NCBI RefSeq assembly: GCF_009914755.1
Contig: NC_060947.1
Source: the human T2T-CHM13v2.0 reference genome, Homo sapiens
Reading direction: 5' to 3' (one strand)
DNA: 64,000 nucleotides
Positions 33,148-54,414 of the stretch are shown in pieces. Under the pieces are notes generated by a model. That model saw only the letters and a program-made list of their open reading frames with translations, did not search any database and was not told the DNA's origin. Numbering within the stretch: the first letter of the stretch is position 1; each line of letters begins with the position of its first letter. The position numbers and the translations under genes were made by a program.

Positions 33148-36100
33148 TCTGCTCTGATCTTTACTATTTCTTTCCATCTGCTAACACTGAGTTTAATGGG
33201 GTTTTTTTGTTTGTTTCTATTTCTTTGAGGTGTAACATTGTTTGTGATCTTTCTATTTTTGGTATAGGCATTTATTGTTACAAACTTTCATCACAAAATT
33301 GGTTTTGCTGCATGCCATAAGTATTGGTATGTTTCCATTTTCATTTGTTTCAAGATTTTTTAAAATTTCCTTAATTTCTTCATTGACTTATTACTTGTTC
33401 AGGAGCATATTGTTTAATCTCCATGTATTTGAGTATATCCTGAAATTTCTCCTGATATTGATTTCTAGTTTCATACTATTGTGGTCAAAATGATACTTGA
33501 TATTATTTCAATCTTCTTAAATTTGCTAAGACTCATCTTGTGGCCTAACACATGATCTGTCCTGGAGAGTGTTCCTTGTGCACTTGAGAAGAATGAATAT
33601 TTTGTTGTTGTTTAATGGCACATTCTGTATATATCTATGGGCTCCATTTAGTCTAAATGTTGCTAAAGTACGTTTCCTTTTTGATTTTCTGTCTGAATAA
33701 TCTGTCCAATACTGAAAATAGTGTATTGCTGTCCCCCACGATTATCGTATTGCAATCTATCTCTCCCTTCCGAGCTTTTAATATTTGATTAAAATAGGTG
33801 CTTCATTGTAAGGTGCATATATAGTTACAATTATATCTTCTTAATGGATCCTTTTTATCATTATATAATGTCCTTCTTTGTCTCTTTGTAGTTTTTGACT
33901 TAAAGTCTATTTTTTCTAATATAACTATTACTATTCCTGATTTCTTTTGAATTTCATTTGTGTGGAATATCTTTTTCTTTCCCATCACTTTCAGCATATA
34001 TATGTCCTTAAAGGTAAAGTGGCTTTTATAGGGAACATACAGTTGGGTCTTATTTTATTATCTATTCATTCACTCTATATCTTTTGATTGGAGAATTTAG
34101 TCCATTTTTACTCAAGATAATTATTGATATGTAATAACTTACTACTGTAATTTTGTTAATTGTTTTCTGGTTGTTTTGTGCATATTTTGTTTCTTTCTTC
34201 TCTTGCTGTTTTTTGTTTTATGGTTTGATGATTTTCTGAAGTGGTACTTTGGAATTACTTTTATTTTTGTTTTGTGCATCTCCTACAGATTTTTGAGTTT
34301 TTTTGGTTACTATGAAGCATAAATAGAACACCTTACATTTATAACATTTTGTTTCAAACTGATAACACGTTAACTTTGATTGCATAAAGTAACACTACAC
34401 TTTTACTCACTCCCCACATTTTAAGGTTTCATGTCTGAATTTATGTTATTTTGCAATATGAATCTCTTGAAAATTCATTTTAGCTATAGTTGTTTTTAGT
34501 AATTTTGTCCTTTTGTCCTTGTACTAGGGATAACATTACTTTACATACTACCATTACAGTCTTAGAGTATTATAAATATCACTCTGTATTAGTTATACCA
34601 TTGGGTTTTGTGCATTGGTAAGTTTTCTGTTATTAATTAGCAGCCTTTTTTTTCTAGTTTAAAGAACTCCCTTGTAGCAGTTCCTCTAAAGCATCCACCA
34701 TACAGTGCTGATGAACTTCCTTAAATTTTGTTTGTATGGGAATGTTTTTATTTCTCCCTTATTTCTGAAGGGAAGATTTGATGCATAAAGTATTATTGGT
34801 TGACAGGTTTCTTTCCTTTGACACTTGAATATATCATCCTACTATCTCAAGAAGTCCACTAATAGTCATATCAGGACACCTTTGTGTGTAACGCATATTT
34901 TATCTCTTGCTGCTCTCAGGATGTTTTCTTTGTCTTTGATTTTTGATGGTTTGTATATTGTATGTCTTGATGAACTCCCCTTTCTTGGAATTTAATTGGT
35001 GACTTCTGTAATACCTGTACCTAGATGTTGACTTCCCTCCTCAGAATGGGAAAGTGTTCACTAATTATTTCTTTAATTTTTTTTTTCTGGCCCTGTATCT
35101 CTTTCTTCTTTTTCTGCAGTGCCAATTATGCATAGGTTAGGTCTCTTGATAGTGTCCCATAATTCCTATAGGCTTTCTTCATCCTTTATTCTTTCTACTC
35201 TTCTGATTGAGAAATTTCAAGTGTCTGTCCTTGAGTTCACTGATCCTTCCACCAGCTTGATCTAGCTGGCTGTAGACACTTTGCATTGCCTTTTTTAGTA
35301 TAGTCGTTGCATTATTTATCTCTAGCACTTCTATTTGTTTTTAATTGTTTCTGCTTCTTTGTCAAACTTCTCTTGTTCATGTATTGATCTCCAAATTTCA
35401 CTTAATATTCATATATTCCTGGAGTTCACTGAGATTTTTAAGAGGATTATTCTGAATTCTTTTTCTATAATTTTGTAAATGTCCCTTTTTTAGTGTCCAT
35501 TTTTGGAGCTTTGTTCATTTCTTTCAGAGGTCTCATGATTTTCTGAATCTTTGTTTTGTGCCATTGTGTGGGTGTATTTGTTGACACAGACATCTTTTCT
35601 GGTTTTTACAGGAGTTCTTTGGCAGGGATAGACATTCACTTGTTAGTCTAGGCTATGACTGGATGGGTCAGCTAGTGATGACCCGAGGCATACAGAGCTT
35701 GCTTTCAGGTTCTTTAGATGTTTGGGCTACTGCTGACTTTGCTCTGAATTCATATGGGGCAGCTGGCTACACTCTGCTATCCAGCAAGACCGTTATCTAA
35801 CATCTGCTACCAGGCTGAGCTGGTATATGGGCATTGCAATCACCTGATTCAGAATAGACTACAGCATGTATTCCCTGGAGAGAAGATACTGCCATTTGAT
35901 TTCAGCGGTTGAGAGTTGCGAAGAGGTACCACAGTTAAGTTGATTGGAATAAATAGACCAAGTGCTATGTGCAGTAGAAATGCACAATTGAGACTTGCTT
36001 CTCTCCTTGGGTGGGGTCTGGGAGTGAGCTTTGAGGTGCAGGGATTAAACTCCAGGGTGTGGCAGAATTAATACATGCTTATTGTTGAAATTCACTGCAG

Positions 36101-36954
36101 TGGTTCTCCCTCCCTGGGTGGGTCTAGTGGTAAAGTTTGAGGTCAAGAGGAGCCCTGATTAAGCTCTCAGTTGTGCAGAACTAGTGCCCACTTCTTATCA
36201 AAAGTCATCTCCCTCCCTAAGTGGGGTCTGAGGATGGGCTTTGAGGCTGTGGACGAATGATGATTAAGCTCCTGGGTGTCTGAAATCTAGTGGCTGCTTG
36301 TTGTGAAAATTTGTTACGGGGGTCTTCTCCCTAAGAGGGAGGCTGGGCTAGGATCTGAGGCTGGACCTGGAGGCTGGCCATCTTGGAACTCAAGCAAGAT
36401 AGTATTTTCCACTTTTTCTGAGAGTGACCAGCTTAACATTGTGAGTGAGCTACACTGTAGCTAATATTGTAATTGAGTGCCACTGCTGGCAGGTACACTG
36501 AGCTTTCATCAAAATCTGTATGCTATTTTTATGGGCTCTTCCTTTTTCTTTGTTTTTCCTATCCGGCCCCAGGGGGTCTATTCATGTAGTTTCTCCCTAC
36601 AAATGGAGTGAGCCTCCTGGGAAGCATCAGAGAATGCAAGGGAAGCTGGATGTCTGCCTCCCCAAAACTCTTTTCCCACTGTAGACTACCATGGGGAATC
36701 CTCTCTACGTGGCACTGAGCCAACTTGGGGTAAAGGAAGGGGTGATGTAGTCAAAGCAAAGCTATTTTGCCTACACATTTAATGCAGGTTTGTATTAAGT
36801 TCCCTGGAATGTGCAGGTGGCTCGGGCTTATTTCCATCCACACTTTGACGTTTTCAACAAGGTGTTTTTGTGTGTGGATAGTTCTAGTTGACGATTTGAT
36901 TGAAGGGGGGAGGAAAGCCTGGAAACTTCTATTCTTTCTGACATCTCCTTCCAA

Positions 36955-39900
36955 AAAAGGAGAGTTGTTGCTTAATGAATTTATAGTTTTTTTTGTGGTG
37001 CTGAAAATTTTTAGCAATAAATAGTGGTGATGGTGACATAACATTGTGAATGTAATTAATGCCATGGAATTGTACACTTTGAAAATGGTTGAAATGGCAA
37101 ATTTTATGCTATATATATTACCATAATTTTTTAAGTGAACAGGAAATACCTACAACACTCATTAAAAATGATATAAAAATAGATACACTCAAAATCACTA
37201 TAGATAAATCACAATGGAATTCTAAAAAGTGTTTAAATAATCCACAGGAAGGCAGACAAATAAAACAGATGAGAACAAACAGAATGAAAGGAAGGCAAAA
37301 GCATAATGACAGACAAAAACACTAACATGTAAAAATTGTGAAACACAAATAATCTAAATATGCGAATTAGAATACAGAGATTGGCAGTGGATTAAAAACT
37401 CGACCCAATCTGTGTTATCTGCAAGAAACTCACCCTAAGTATAATCATATAGGCAGGTTTTAAATAAAATAATAGAAAAGATACATGGTACAAACATTAA
37501 TCAAAGGAAAGCAAGAGTGGCTATAGTAATAGATCAAGCACACATAAGAGCAAAAAAAATTACCAGAGAGAGGAAGACACACTATGTTTTAGTAGAAGGA
37601 TCAGTTCACCAGAAGATATAGCAATCCTAAATGTGTACGGAACAAACGTCAAAGCTTCAAATAGGTAAAGCAAAAAATGATAGAACTGAAAAAAGAAATA
37701 GAGAAACCCACAATTTTAGTTGAAATATTTAACTCCCCTCTCTCAACAATTGAGAGAAGATCTGGAAAGAAAATCAGTAATCATGTAGAAGAAATCAACA
37801 ATGCCATCAAGCAGCATGATCTAATCAACTTTTATAGAACACTGCAGATAAAAAGAGCAGAATGCATTCTGTTCAAATGTCAGTGTTACTTATATCAAGA
37901 TATACTATATTTTGGGCCAGAAAACAAACCTCAACAAATTTAAATAATGAAAATCATACAGAGTGTGTTCTTGGACCATAATGGAATGAAACTAAAAATT
38001 CGTAACAGAAAGGTAGCTGAAAAAGAACCAAGCACTTGGAAAGTAAATAACAGTTTCCCGTATAATCCAGATGTCAAAAGGGATGTGTGAGGAGAAATTT
38101 GACAAAGAAACTATTGAACTGAATGAAAATAATAATAAATCACATCAAAGCTGTGGGAAGCACTAAAGGAGCATTTAGAAGAAAATTTATAGGATTAAAT
38201 GCACACATTAGAAAAAATACAATTTCTGATGGTTACTAAAAGGGGCTTTGAGATGGCTGATTAGAGGCATCTGTTACCTCCTTCATGAAGAAAGCCAAAA
38301 TAGCAAGTAGATAATCACACTTTGAACAGATCTCCTAAGAGAGAACACTGGTATTCAGCAGAGAAGTAAGGAAAACACCTAAGTCAAGGAAGAAATAAAA
38401 AGAGAGGCAGCCTGCTTCTCTGGGATGGGCAGGGATCCTGAAGTGGCTCTCCAATATGGGGAAAGGGCAAGTGAGAGACCCCCCTGGTGGTCCAAATTCC
38501 CACCATGGTTTCCTGTAATCTTAGCCACAGGAGAGTCTGTTGACACTTGCAGGTTCTGAGATAACATAGAGAGCTGCCTGGAGACCACATGATGGCATTT
38601 CTACAGAGAAGGAGCTCATGCTGGGTCCCAAACACCACCTGAGCCCTAAGCAGATATAGCATGGCATCATTTTGTGAGCCCAGGCCCCACATGGCTGCAT
38701 CAAGCCCTGAGGCCCAACAGCCCCTGTATCTCCATATCCCTGAAGCCCATTAACTTCCCCCACCCACAGACACTGCCACTGCTGGCTGCTGCTGCCAAGG
38801 CCACAGCATGAGCTATTGGCAGTGACACTGCTTCTCCCAATAGCAGAAGTGCTGCACATTTACATGTGCCCTGAAAACAGGCTACTGCATTTGGGGCTGA
38901 GGTGTGTCCTTGCTAGCCACTTGCCTATGGATGCTGCCACTAAACAGGAATCCCAGCCTCCCTAGCAGCAGGCCTGCAGCACAGCTGCTGCTGCCCCCAC
39001 CAAAGAACTATTCTGGGGGCCTGAAGATCACCCCATCTCTGCCTACCAAAGCACATACCTGCATTCATCAACAGGAAGTCTTAGTTCAGGCTTTCCCAGC
39101 TTAGCTATGACCTCTGTAGTTCCAGAGCACATTATCCCGGCGGGGCTGGGGATTGCCATACCACATCTACCACCACTGGTATCCAAGTGCTGCTCCGGGG
39201 GCCATGAGGATGAGCCTGCCAAAACTGCCTTTATCACCCCTGAAGGAATCAACTCACTTCTGGAACCTGATGGCCTAGGGACTGGCCTGACTAGATCAAG
39301 CAGAAGAAATAATTTTAGAATATAAAGACAGGTCTACTGAAATAACCCACTCAGACAAAAATTATTTTAAAAAAGTAAAAAAGAATAAACAAAGCCTATG
39401 TTATATATGGGACACCATTAGGTGAAAAAACACTCAAATTTTTGATATCCCAGAAGACGAAGAGAAAAGGAGAGGGGTAGAAAATCTGTTCAATGTAATA
39501 ATAGTAAAAAATTTTCCCCCTCTAGCAAGAGATTTAGACATGTAGATACAGGAGGCTCAGAGATTCTCAAAAGATACAATTAAAAAAGATCTCCTCCATG
39601 GCGCATTATAGTCAAAACATAAAAAGTCAGCCACAAAGAGAGAACTCTAAAAACAGCAAGAGAAAAGTGTCTAGTCACTTATAAGGGATTCCCCATCAGA
39701 CTAACAGGGGATTTCTTAGCAGAAACATATAGACCAGGAAAAAATGGGATCATATGGTCAAAGTGCTGATAACTCTCCAAGATGGGCAGCTAGAGGTAGC
39801 CAGGAGGAACATCTCCCACTGAAGAACCAGAATATCAGGAAGACTGGTGCACTCCTAGCAGATCTTCAAGAGGGAAGGCATTGAGAGCAGATGGCGGGAA

Positions 39901-40375
39901 GACACAGATGCTGGGCTGAAGCCGGGGGAAGCTGGGAACCCTGCACAGGGCTACCATGCACCAGGAGTCATACCTGGCCAATAACGACTCCTAGGGAAGG
40001 GATGAGTTGAGCAGGCAAGGACCCTTTCAATCTTGTCACAAGCCTCCTGAATCTCAGCAGGAGGAGACTCCTTGACCACCATGGACGCTTGAGTTGTCAG
40101 AGAGAGCTGCTTAGAGAAGTGGTTGGGGCAGAACTCCAGCCAGTGTGGAGCCCAAAGGATTTGGTGCGGGAACATCTGTAGTGGAGCATAGCTCCAGTGC
40201 TAGCAGATGGTGCCAAACCAGTAGAGTGCTGCAGCAGAGGGGACCCACAGTCAAGCACCAGCCTACCCAAGCCCTTCCCCAACTGTGGCCTCCCTCATGC
40301 CACTTTGCCTGCATGCACTCACCCAGGGTGAATAAAGAGCCACTAGGACCACTAACACTCCAGCTGTGCAAGAAC
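36955..40375 (+). mobile_element. Cluster of old L1 fragments: L1MB/MC 3' UTR (about 36955-37125), L1M EN region (about 37130-38225), L1 5'UTR/ORF1 (about 38245-39770), second L1 5' UTR (about 39778-40375)
   Basis: GTACACTTTGAAAATGGTTG 3'-UTR motif; MIELKKEIEKPTILVEIFNSPLS (EN); two AGATGG(C)...TAGAGG 5'-UTR-like starts; CCCCATCAGACTAACAG ORF1 motif. Confidence 0.6.
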
Positions 40376-40964
40376 ATCACCATCTCTTTCCAGAAAGTTT
40401 TCAAACTGAAACTCTGTACTCATTAGAGAATAACTTCCCATTTCCTCTCCTCTCACTCAGATGCTGGCAAACACAAATCAACTTTCTGTCTTTATGAATT
40501 TGACTACACTAGGTACCTCACATAAGTGGAACCATATACTACTTGCCCTGTTTATGACTAGTTTATTTTACTTAACACAGTGCACTCAAAATTGATCCAT
40601 GTTATATATCATGTGTCAAAGTTCCTTCCTTTTTACAGCTGGATAATATTCCAATGTAATATATACCATATTTTGTTTATCCATTCATTTATCAATGAAT
40701 ACTTGGAATGTTTTCACCTTTTATTGACTATGAATAATGCCACAGTGAATACGGGTGCACAAGTGTCTGTTTGGGTTCCTGTTTTTAAATATTTACGGTA
40801 TATAGCCAGAAGCAGACTTGCTGGATCATACAGTAATTATATGTTTAATATTTTGAGGAACAGTGAAACTATTTTACATAGTTACTGTACCATTGTACAT
40901 TCCCACTATCAATGGATAAGTGTTCCAATTTCTCCTCATTCTTGTCAACACTTGTTATTCTATC

Positions 40965-40967
<3 letters not shown>

Positions 40968-41002
<35 letters not shown>
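40968..41002 (+). repeat. (TG)n microsatellite
   Basis: About 17 perfect TG units. Confidence 0.95.
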
Positions 41003-41003
<1 letters not shown>

Positions 41004-41180
41004 AGATAATTGCTATCCTAATGGATGTGAACTGAAATTTCCTTGTGGCTTTGGTTGGCATTTACCGAATAATTAGTGATGTTTAGCAACTTTTTATATG
41101 CTTATTGGCCATTTGTGTGCCTTTGCAGGAATGTTTATTTAAGTCCTTTACCCATTTTAAAAATTGGATTGGGTTTCTTT

Positions 41181-47333
<6,153 letters not shown>

Positions 47334-48393
47334 GGTTTCTTTCTTTCTTTTCTTTAGCTGGTTTTTGTTGAGTTGTAGGAGTTCCTTATATAGTCTTCAT
47401 ACTAAATTTTATCAGATATATGATTTGCAGATATTTCCTTCCCTTCTGTGGGTTTCACCACATTGCTTGTGTACTTTGATGAATAATTTTTAAAATTTTA
47501 ATGTGCAGCTTACCGATTTTTTTTGGCTGCCTGTGCTTTTGGTGTCTTAGCCAAGAAATTACTGCCAAATCCAATGTTATGAAGCTTTTCTTTTCTATTT
47601 TCTTCTAGGAGTTTTATAGTTTCTGCTTTTACATTTATGTTGCTAATCCATTTTGAGTTAATTTTTGTACATGGCTTAAGAACTTCATTGTTTAGTATGT
47701 GGATATCCAGTTTTCCAAACACCATTTGTTGGAAAGACTGTACTCCCTATATCAAATGGTCTTGATACCCTTGTCAAAATTTATTTGATCTTATATGCAA
47801 GAATTTCTTTCTGAGATCTCTATTCTGTGCTATTGGTGTATATGTCTGTCTTTATGCCAATACTATAATATTTTCTTTATTGTAGCACTGTATTAAGTTT
47901 TGAAATTAGAATGTGTGACACTTCCCACTTTTTTCTTCTCAGAATTGCTTTGGTATTTCCATAGTAAATTTTAGGATGGATTTTTTTTTAATTTCTACAA
48001 ATGATGTTGATGGGATTTTGATAAAATTGTACTGAATCTGTGGATTAATTTGGCTGGTATTGACATCTTAGCCATATTAAGTCTTATCATATTCATAAAC
48101 ACAGGATATCATTTCATTAATTGTTTTCTTCCTTAATTTATTTCAATTTTTTTTTTTACTTTTCACCATACGCATTTTTTCTTATCAGTTAAGTTCATCC
48201 CTAAGTAATTTATTCTTTTGTATACTATAAATGAGATTACTTTCTTAATTTCCCTTTAGTTTATTTACTCTAGGTGTATAGAAACACAACTGATTGTGTG
48301 TTGATGGTATATCCATTAACTTTGCTGAAATTGTTATTAGTTATGATACTTTTTGGTGGAATCTTTAGTGTTACTTTGATATAAGTTCATGTA

Positions 48394-49321
48394 GATTCTG
48401 GATATTAGCCCTTTGTCAGATGAGTAGGTGTGAAAATTTTCTCCCAAACAAATTTACAAGAAAAAAACAAACAACCCCATCAAAAAGTGGGCGAAGGATG
48501 TGAACAGACACTTCTCAAAAGAAGACATTTATGCAGCCAAAAAACACATGAAAAAATGCTCACCATCACTGGCCATCAGAGAAATGCAAATCAAAACCAC
48601 AATGAGATACCATCTCACACCAGTTAGAATGGCAATCATTAAAAAGTCAGGAAACAACAGGCGTTGGAGAGGATGTGGAGAAATAGGAACACTTTTACAC
48701 TGTTGGTGGGACTGTAAACTAGTTCAACCATTGTGGAAGTCAGTGTGGCTATTCCTCAGGGATCTAGAACTGGAAATACCATTTGACCCAGCCATCCCAT
48801 TACTGGGTATATACCCAAAGGACTATAAATCAGGCTGCTATAAAGACACATGCACACGTATGTTTATTGTGGCATTTTTCACAATAGCAAAGACTTGGAA
48901 CCAACCCAAATGTCCAACAATGATAGACTGGATTAAGAAAATGTGGCACATATACACCATGGAATACTATGCAGCCCTAAAAAATGATGAGTTCATGTCC
49001 TTTGTAGGGACATGGATGAAACTGGAAAACATCATTCTCAGTAAACTATCGCAAGAACAAAAAATCAAACACCGCATATTCTCACTCATAGGTGGGAATT
49101 GAACAATGAGATCACATGGACACAGGAAGGGGAATATCACACTCTGGGGACTGTTGTGGGGTGGGGGGAGGGGGGAGGGATAGCATTGGGAGATATACCT
49201 AATGCTAGATGACACGTTAGTGGGTGCAGTGCACCAGCATGGCACATGTATACATATGTAACTAACCTGCACAATGTGCACAAGTACCCTAAAACTTAAA
49301 GTATAATAAAAAAATTTAAAA
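48394..49321 (+). mobile_element. Short 5'-inverted young L1 (L1PA2/pre-Ta-like, ACG diagnostic)
   Basis: About 55-bp inverted segment ending at 48446, then sense 3' end; GATGACACGTTAG at 49208-49220; TSD AAG(T/A)TCATGTA at 48383-48393 and 49322-49332. Confidence 0.9.
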
Positions 49322-49688
49322 AAGATCATGTAACCTGTGAACAGATATTTTTTCCTTTCAAATTTAGACACCCTTTTTTCCTTCCTGCCTTTCTTCCTTC
49401 CTTTCTTCATTCCTTTCTTCTTTCCTTTTCTCCTCCTCCTCCTTCTCTTTTCAACAAACTGCTCAAGCTAGAACTCCCATTACTGTGTTAAATAGAAGTG
49501 GCAAGAATGAGCATCCTTATATTATTCCAGATGTTAGATAAAAGATTTCAGGTTTTCACCACTGAGTATGATGCTCCCTTTTTTTAATACATCACTTTTA
49601 TTATGTTGAGGTAATTTCTTTCTATTTTTAATTTGTGGAATGTTTTTATTGCAAAAGGTGTTAATTTTGGCTCATGCTTTTTCCGCAT

Positions 49689-50077
49689 TGTGTTTGTCCA
49701 TTCTCTCACTAATGAAGAAATATCTGATAATGGAAAATTTAGAAAGAAAAGAGGTTTAATTGGCTCACAGTTCCACAGGCTGTACAGGAAGCATGGCGGC
49801 ATCTGCTTGGCTTTGATCATGGTGGAAGACAAATGGGAAGCCAGCACTTCACATGGCCAGAGTAGGAAAAAGGGGTGGAGGGGGTACTACACACTTTTAA
49901 ACAACCAGATCTCAATGAGAACTCTGTCATAAGAACAGTACCAAAGGGATGGTTCTAAACCATTCATGAAAAATCTACCTCTATGATCCAATCACCTTCC
50001 ACCAGGCCCCACTTCCAACATCGGGGATTACAATTCAGTATGAGATTTAGGCAGGACACAGATCCAAACCACCATCA
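49689..50077 (-). mobile_element. MSTA-like solo LTR
   Basis: AAGAAAAGAGGTTTAATTGGCTCACAGTTCCACAGGCTGTACAGGAAGCATGG...CCAAACCACCATCA; TSD CGCAT/TGCAT. Confidence 0.85.
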
Positions 50078-50921
50078 TGCATCAATTGAGATAATCATGT
50101 AGTTTTTGTCTTTATTCTGGTAATATGGTGTATTGCATTTGTCAATTTTTATATGTTGAATAATTCTTGCATTCCAGGAATAAATCCCCCTTGTTCCTGG
50201 TGTGTAATCCTTTTAATGTGCTGTCGAATTCAGTTTGCTAGTATTTTCTTAAGGATTTTTGCATCAATGTTCATCATGGACATTGATGTGTAATTTTCTT
50301 TTCTTGCAGTGTTTTTGACTTGGTATCAAGGTAATGCTGGTTTTGTAGAATTAATTTGGAAGTGTTTCTTCCTTTTCAGTTCTTTGGAAGACTTTGAGAA
50401 GAATCGGTCTTAATTCTTCCTTAAATGTTTGACAGAATTCTCCAGTGAAGCCATCTGGTATTTTCTGTTGCGGATGGGGGTTTGATTACTGATTCAATCT
50501 CTTTGCTGATTTCAGGTCACTTCATATTTTCTATTTCGTCATTATTTGATCTTGATCGGTTGTGTGTTTTTAGGATTTTTTTCATATATCTAGGTTATCC
50601 ATTTTGGCTATACAATTTTTCATAGTATTTTCTTATAATCCTTTTAAATTCTATAAAATTGGTAATAATATCCTCTTCATTTCATATTTTAGTCATTAGT
50701 GACTTCCCTTTTTTCATCAATTTGACAAAAGTCTTGTCCATTTTTATAATCTTTTCTAAGACCAAATTCCTGATTTTGTTTAATGACTCTATTTTTTTTC
50801 TGTTCTCTATTCTATTTATCTTTGCTATATTTGTCGCATTTCCTTCCTTTTTCTTGCTTTGGGTTTATTTCATTCTTCTTCAAATTGCTTAAGGTGGAGA
50901 TTGTGGTTGTTGATTTGAGAT

Positions 50922-51936
<1,015 letters not shown>

Positions 51937-54414
51937 ACTCACATACCTTTCAGTTTGCTATGCCTGCTACCAGCCAGTACTTCTCAGTTGTGGGTCTCTG
52001 TAGTACTTTCTTTAGCATTCCTGTAGATTGACACAGCCAATACATATTTGCCTTCACTTGTAAAGAAAAATATACCTGGAGTGTGATGCTCTGAGGATAC
52101 TCATGGAGGCCCACTTATTTTTCCTGAGTATTAAAAGCTGATTTAGAGAATTTAAGATTTCCCCAGGGCTCGACGTTCATTCAATATGTGGATGATGTTC
52201 TTTGCTCAGACACACTCTCTTCTTCTCACGAAGATAGTCTATATTTACTCAATTAGCTAATAAGGGACAGAAAGTGTCCAAAGACAAACTCCAGCTATGC
52301 TTGCCTCAAGTTAAGTATTTGGGGCACATTATCTCGGTGGAGGGATTCAGCATTACCCCTAATAGAGAGAGGAATTTAGCTTTCTCAATGACCATCACAA
52401 AGAAACAACTTAGAGAGTTTTGGGGACTGGCCAGCTATTGTAGAAACTGGATACCAAATTTCTCCCTCATAGCTCAACTTCTGTATACATACCTAAAAAA
52501 TGAACAGCCTGATCCCACCATGTGGGGTCCAGAGGAACAATATGTCATACAATGAATAAAATAAACGCCAACAAACACTCCAGCCATAGGGCACCCTAAC
52601 TACAAGTTGCCTTTCCCCTCTTCATATGGGGTACTGACCCAGAAACATGCTAATCATCAGAGACCTATAGGATGCTATAGCCAACAGCTAAGCCCCGTGG
52701 CTCAAGGGCTGCCTCCCAGTATGTGAGACATCTCAGCCACTATCCTTTTGTACAAGTCTGTTGAATAAATAATTATGGGTTCCTTTATTGCCATGTTTGC
52801 ACCACATTCTCTTGAAGACCTTCTAAACTCTCACCATGCTCAACACCTGTCTGTCAATAGGTTAAGCTCCTATGAAGTTTTACTTCCATCATCTTCAAAT
52901 ATTACCATTTTTCATTCTAACAATCTTAACCTGACTACTACATTACCAAGTCCTTCTGATGATACCCCTCATGAATGTAGTCTGACGGCTGACCAGTTTC
53001 TCACCTCCAGGATGGATCTACAATAGATGCCACTGGATAATGCTGAGATAGAGTGGTTTACAGATAGGTCTTACTTAAGATGGGAGGACGGTAGCTTTAG
53101 AGAGGAATGTGCCATGGTTTTCTCATTAGAGGTCATTGAAGCCAGTCCTCTTCCCAAAGGCAGATTAACTCAAGTGGCTGAATTGATTTCCCTGACCTGA
53201 GCTTGTCAATTGAATTGCAAAAGAAAGGCCTATGAATATATACACTGACAGTCACTATACTTTTGTGGTTTCCCATGACTTTAAGATGCTATGGAAGGAG
53301 AGAGGATCTTTAACCTACTCAGGACAACCCATAAAAATGGAAAAGTGTAAGAGCTGTTAGCAACAATTCTAAAATCAAAACTTTTCATGATTATAAAAGT
53401 CCCAGGTCACTCTAAGTTGGACATCACTGAAAGTTGGGGTAACCAATTTACAGACACTACAGCTAAAAGAGCAGCATTTGAGCCACCCAGCCCAGATCCA
53501 CAGAATGGCCACAAAACCTAAGTCACTTAAAATCATGTTAAAAGAAAAAAACTCAAGGCATAGCCCCACCAAATGAAAAATCTAGTTGGAAACAAAAAGG
53601 AGGATAATTTTATCCTGAAACTGAAATATGGTATGGATGTAATTAATAATAAACCCATTATTTCAATAAGATGTCAGGTGCTCCTTATGGAACATATTCA
53701 TAATCTGACACATGGGAATTCACATAAAATGATATCCTGGTGTAAAAAATATTACTGGAAACTGTCCTTCATGATGGCAGAAAAGGTTTATTTTCAGCAT
53801 TTCATTTGTCCCAAACATAACCCAGAGAACCCCCTCCAAAGGGCCCAAGGTCATTTTCTCCTTGCAGCTGGACCTTTTGATACACGGAAACTTGATTTCA
53901 TCCATTTGACATCACGTCAAGTTTACAACTATGTTTTTGTAATAATCTGCATATTTTCCCATTGGGTTGTGGCTTTTCTTTGCAAGCAAGGGACTGCAAT
54001 GGCAGGTGGAAAAATCCTATTCAAGAAAGTTATTTCACTATTGGGAGTCCCCTCTGAACTTCATAGTGATAAAGGAACTCATTTTACTGACCAAGTTAAT
54101 AAAATATTTTCAAAATTTGTCCCATATTTTAATATTTCCATTGTGCCTACCACCCCTAGTCCACAGGGTTAGTGGAATGGACCAATGGAATCGTTAAAAT
54201 ACAATTGGCTAAATTCCTAGAGTTGTTTCACCTCCCCTAGCCAAAAGCAATCCCCCTGGTACTATTTACACTGCGATCTATCCCTTTTGGAAATCATCAT
54301 CTATCCCCTCATGACATTATAACTGGAAGGCCCATGTATATGGGAACTAAAATAAATGACCCAACTGTTCTCAGGGGAGATATACTAAAAGATTGTAAAG
54401 AACTTCTTTCCCAT
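51937..54414 (+). mobile_element. ERV1 (gammaretrovirus-like) pol remnant: RT, RNase H, integrase
   Basis: YVDD at 52185-52196; VKYLGHII and LREFWGLASYCRNWIPNF; integrase LDFIHL...GVPSELHSDKGTHFT. Confidence 0.85.
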
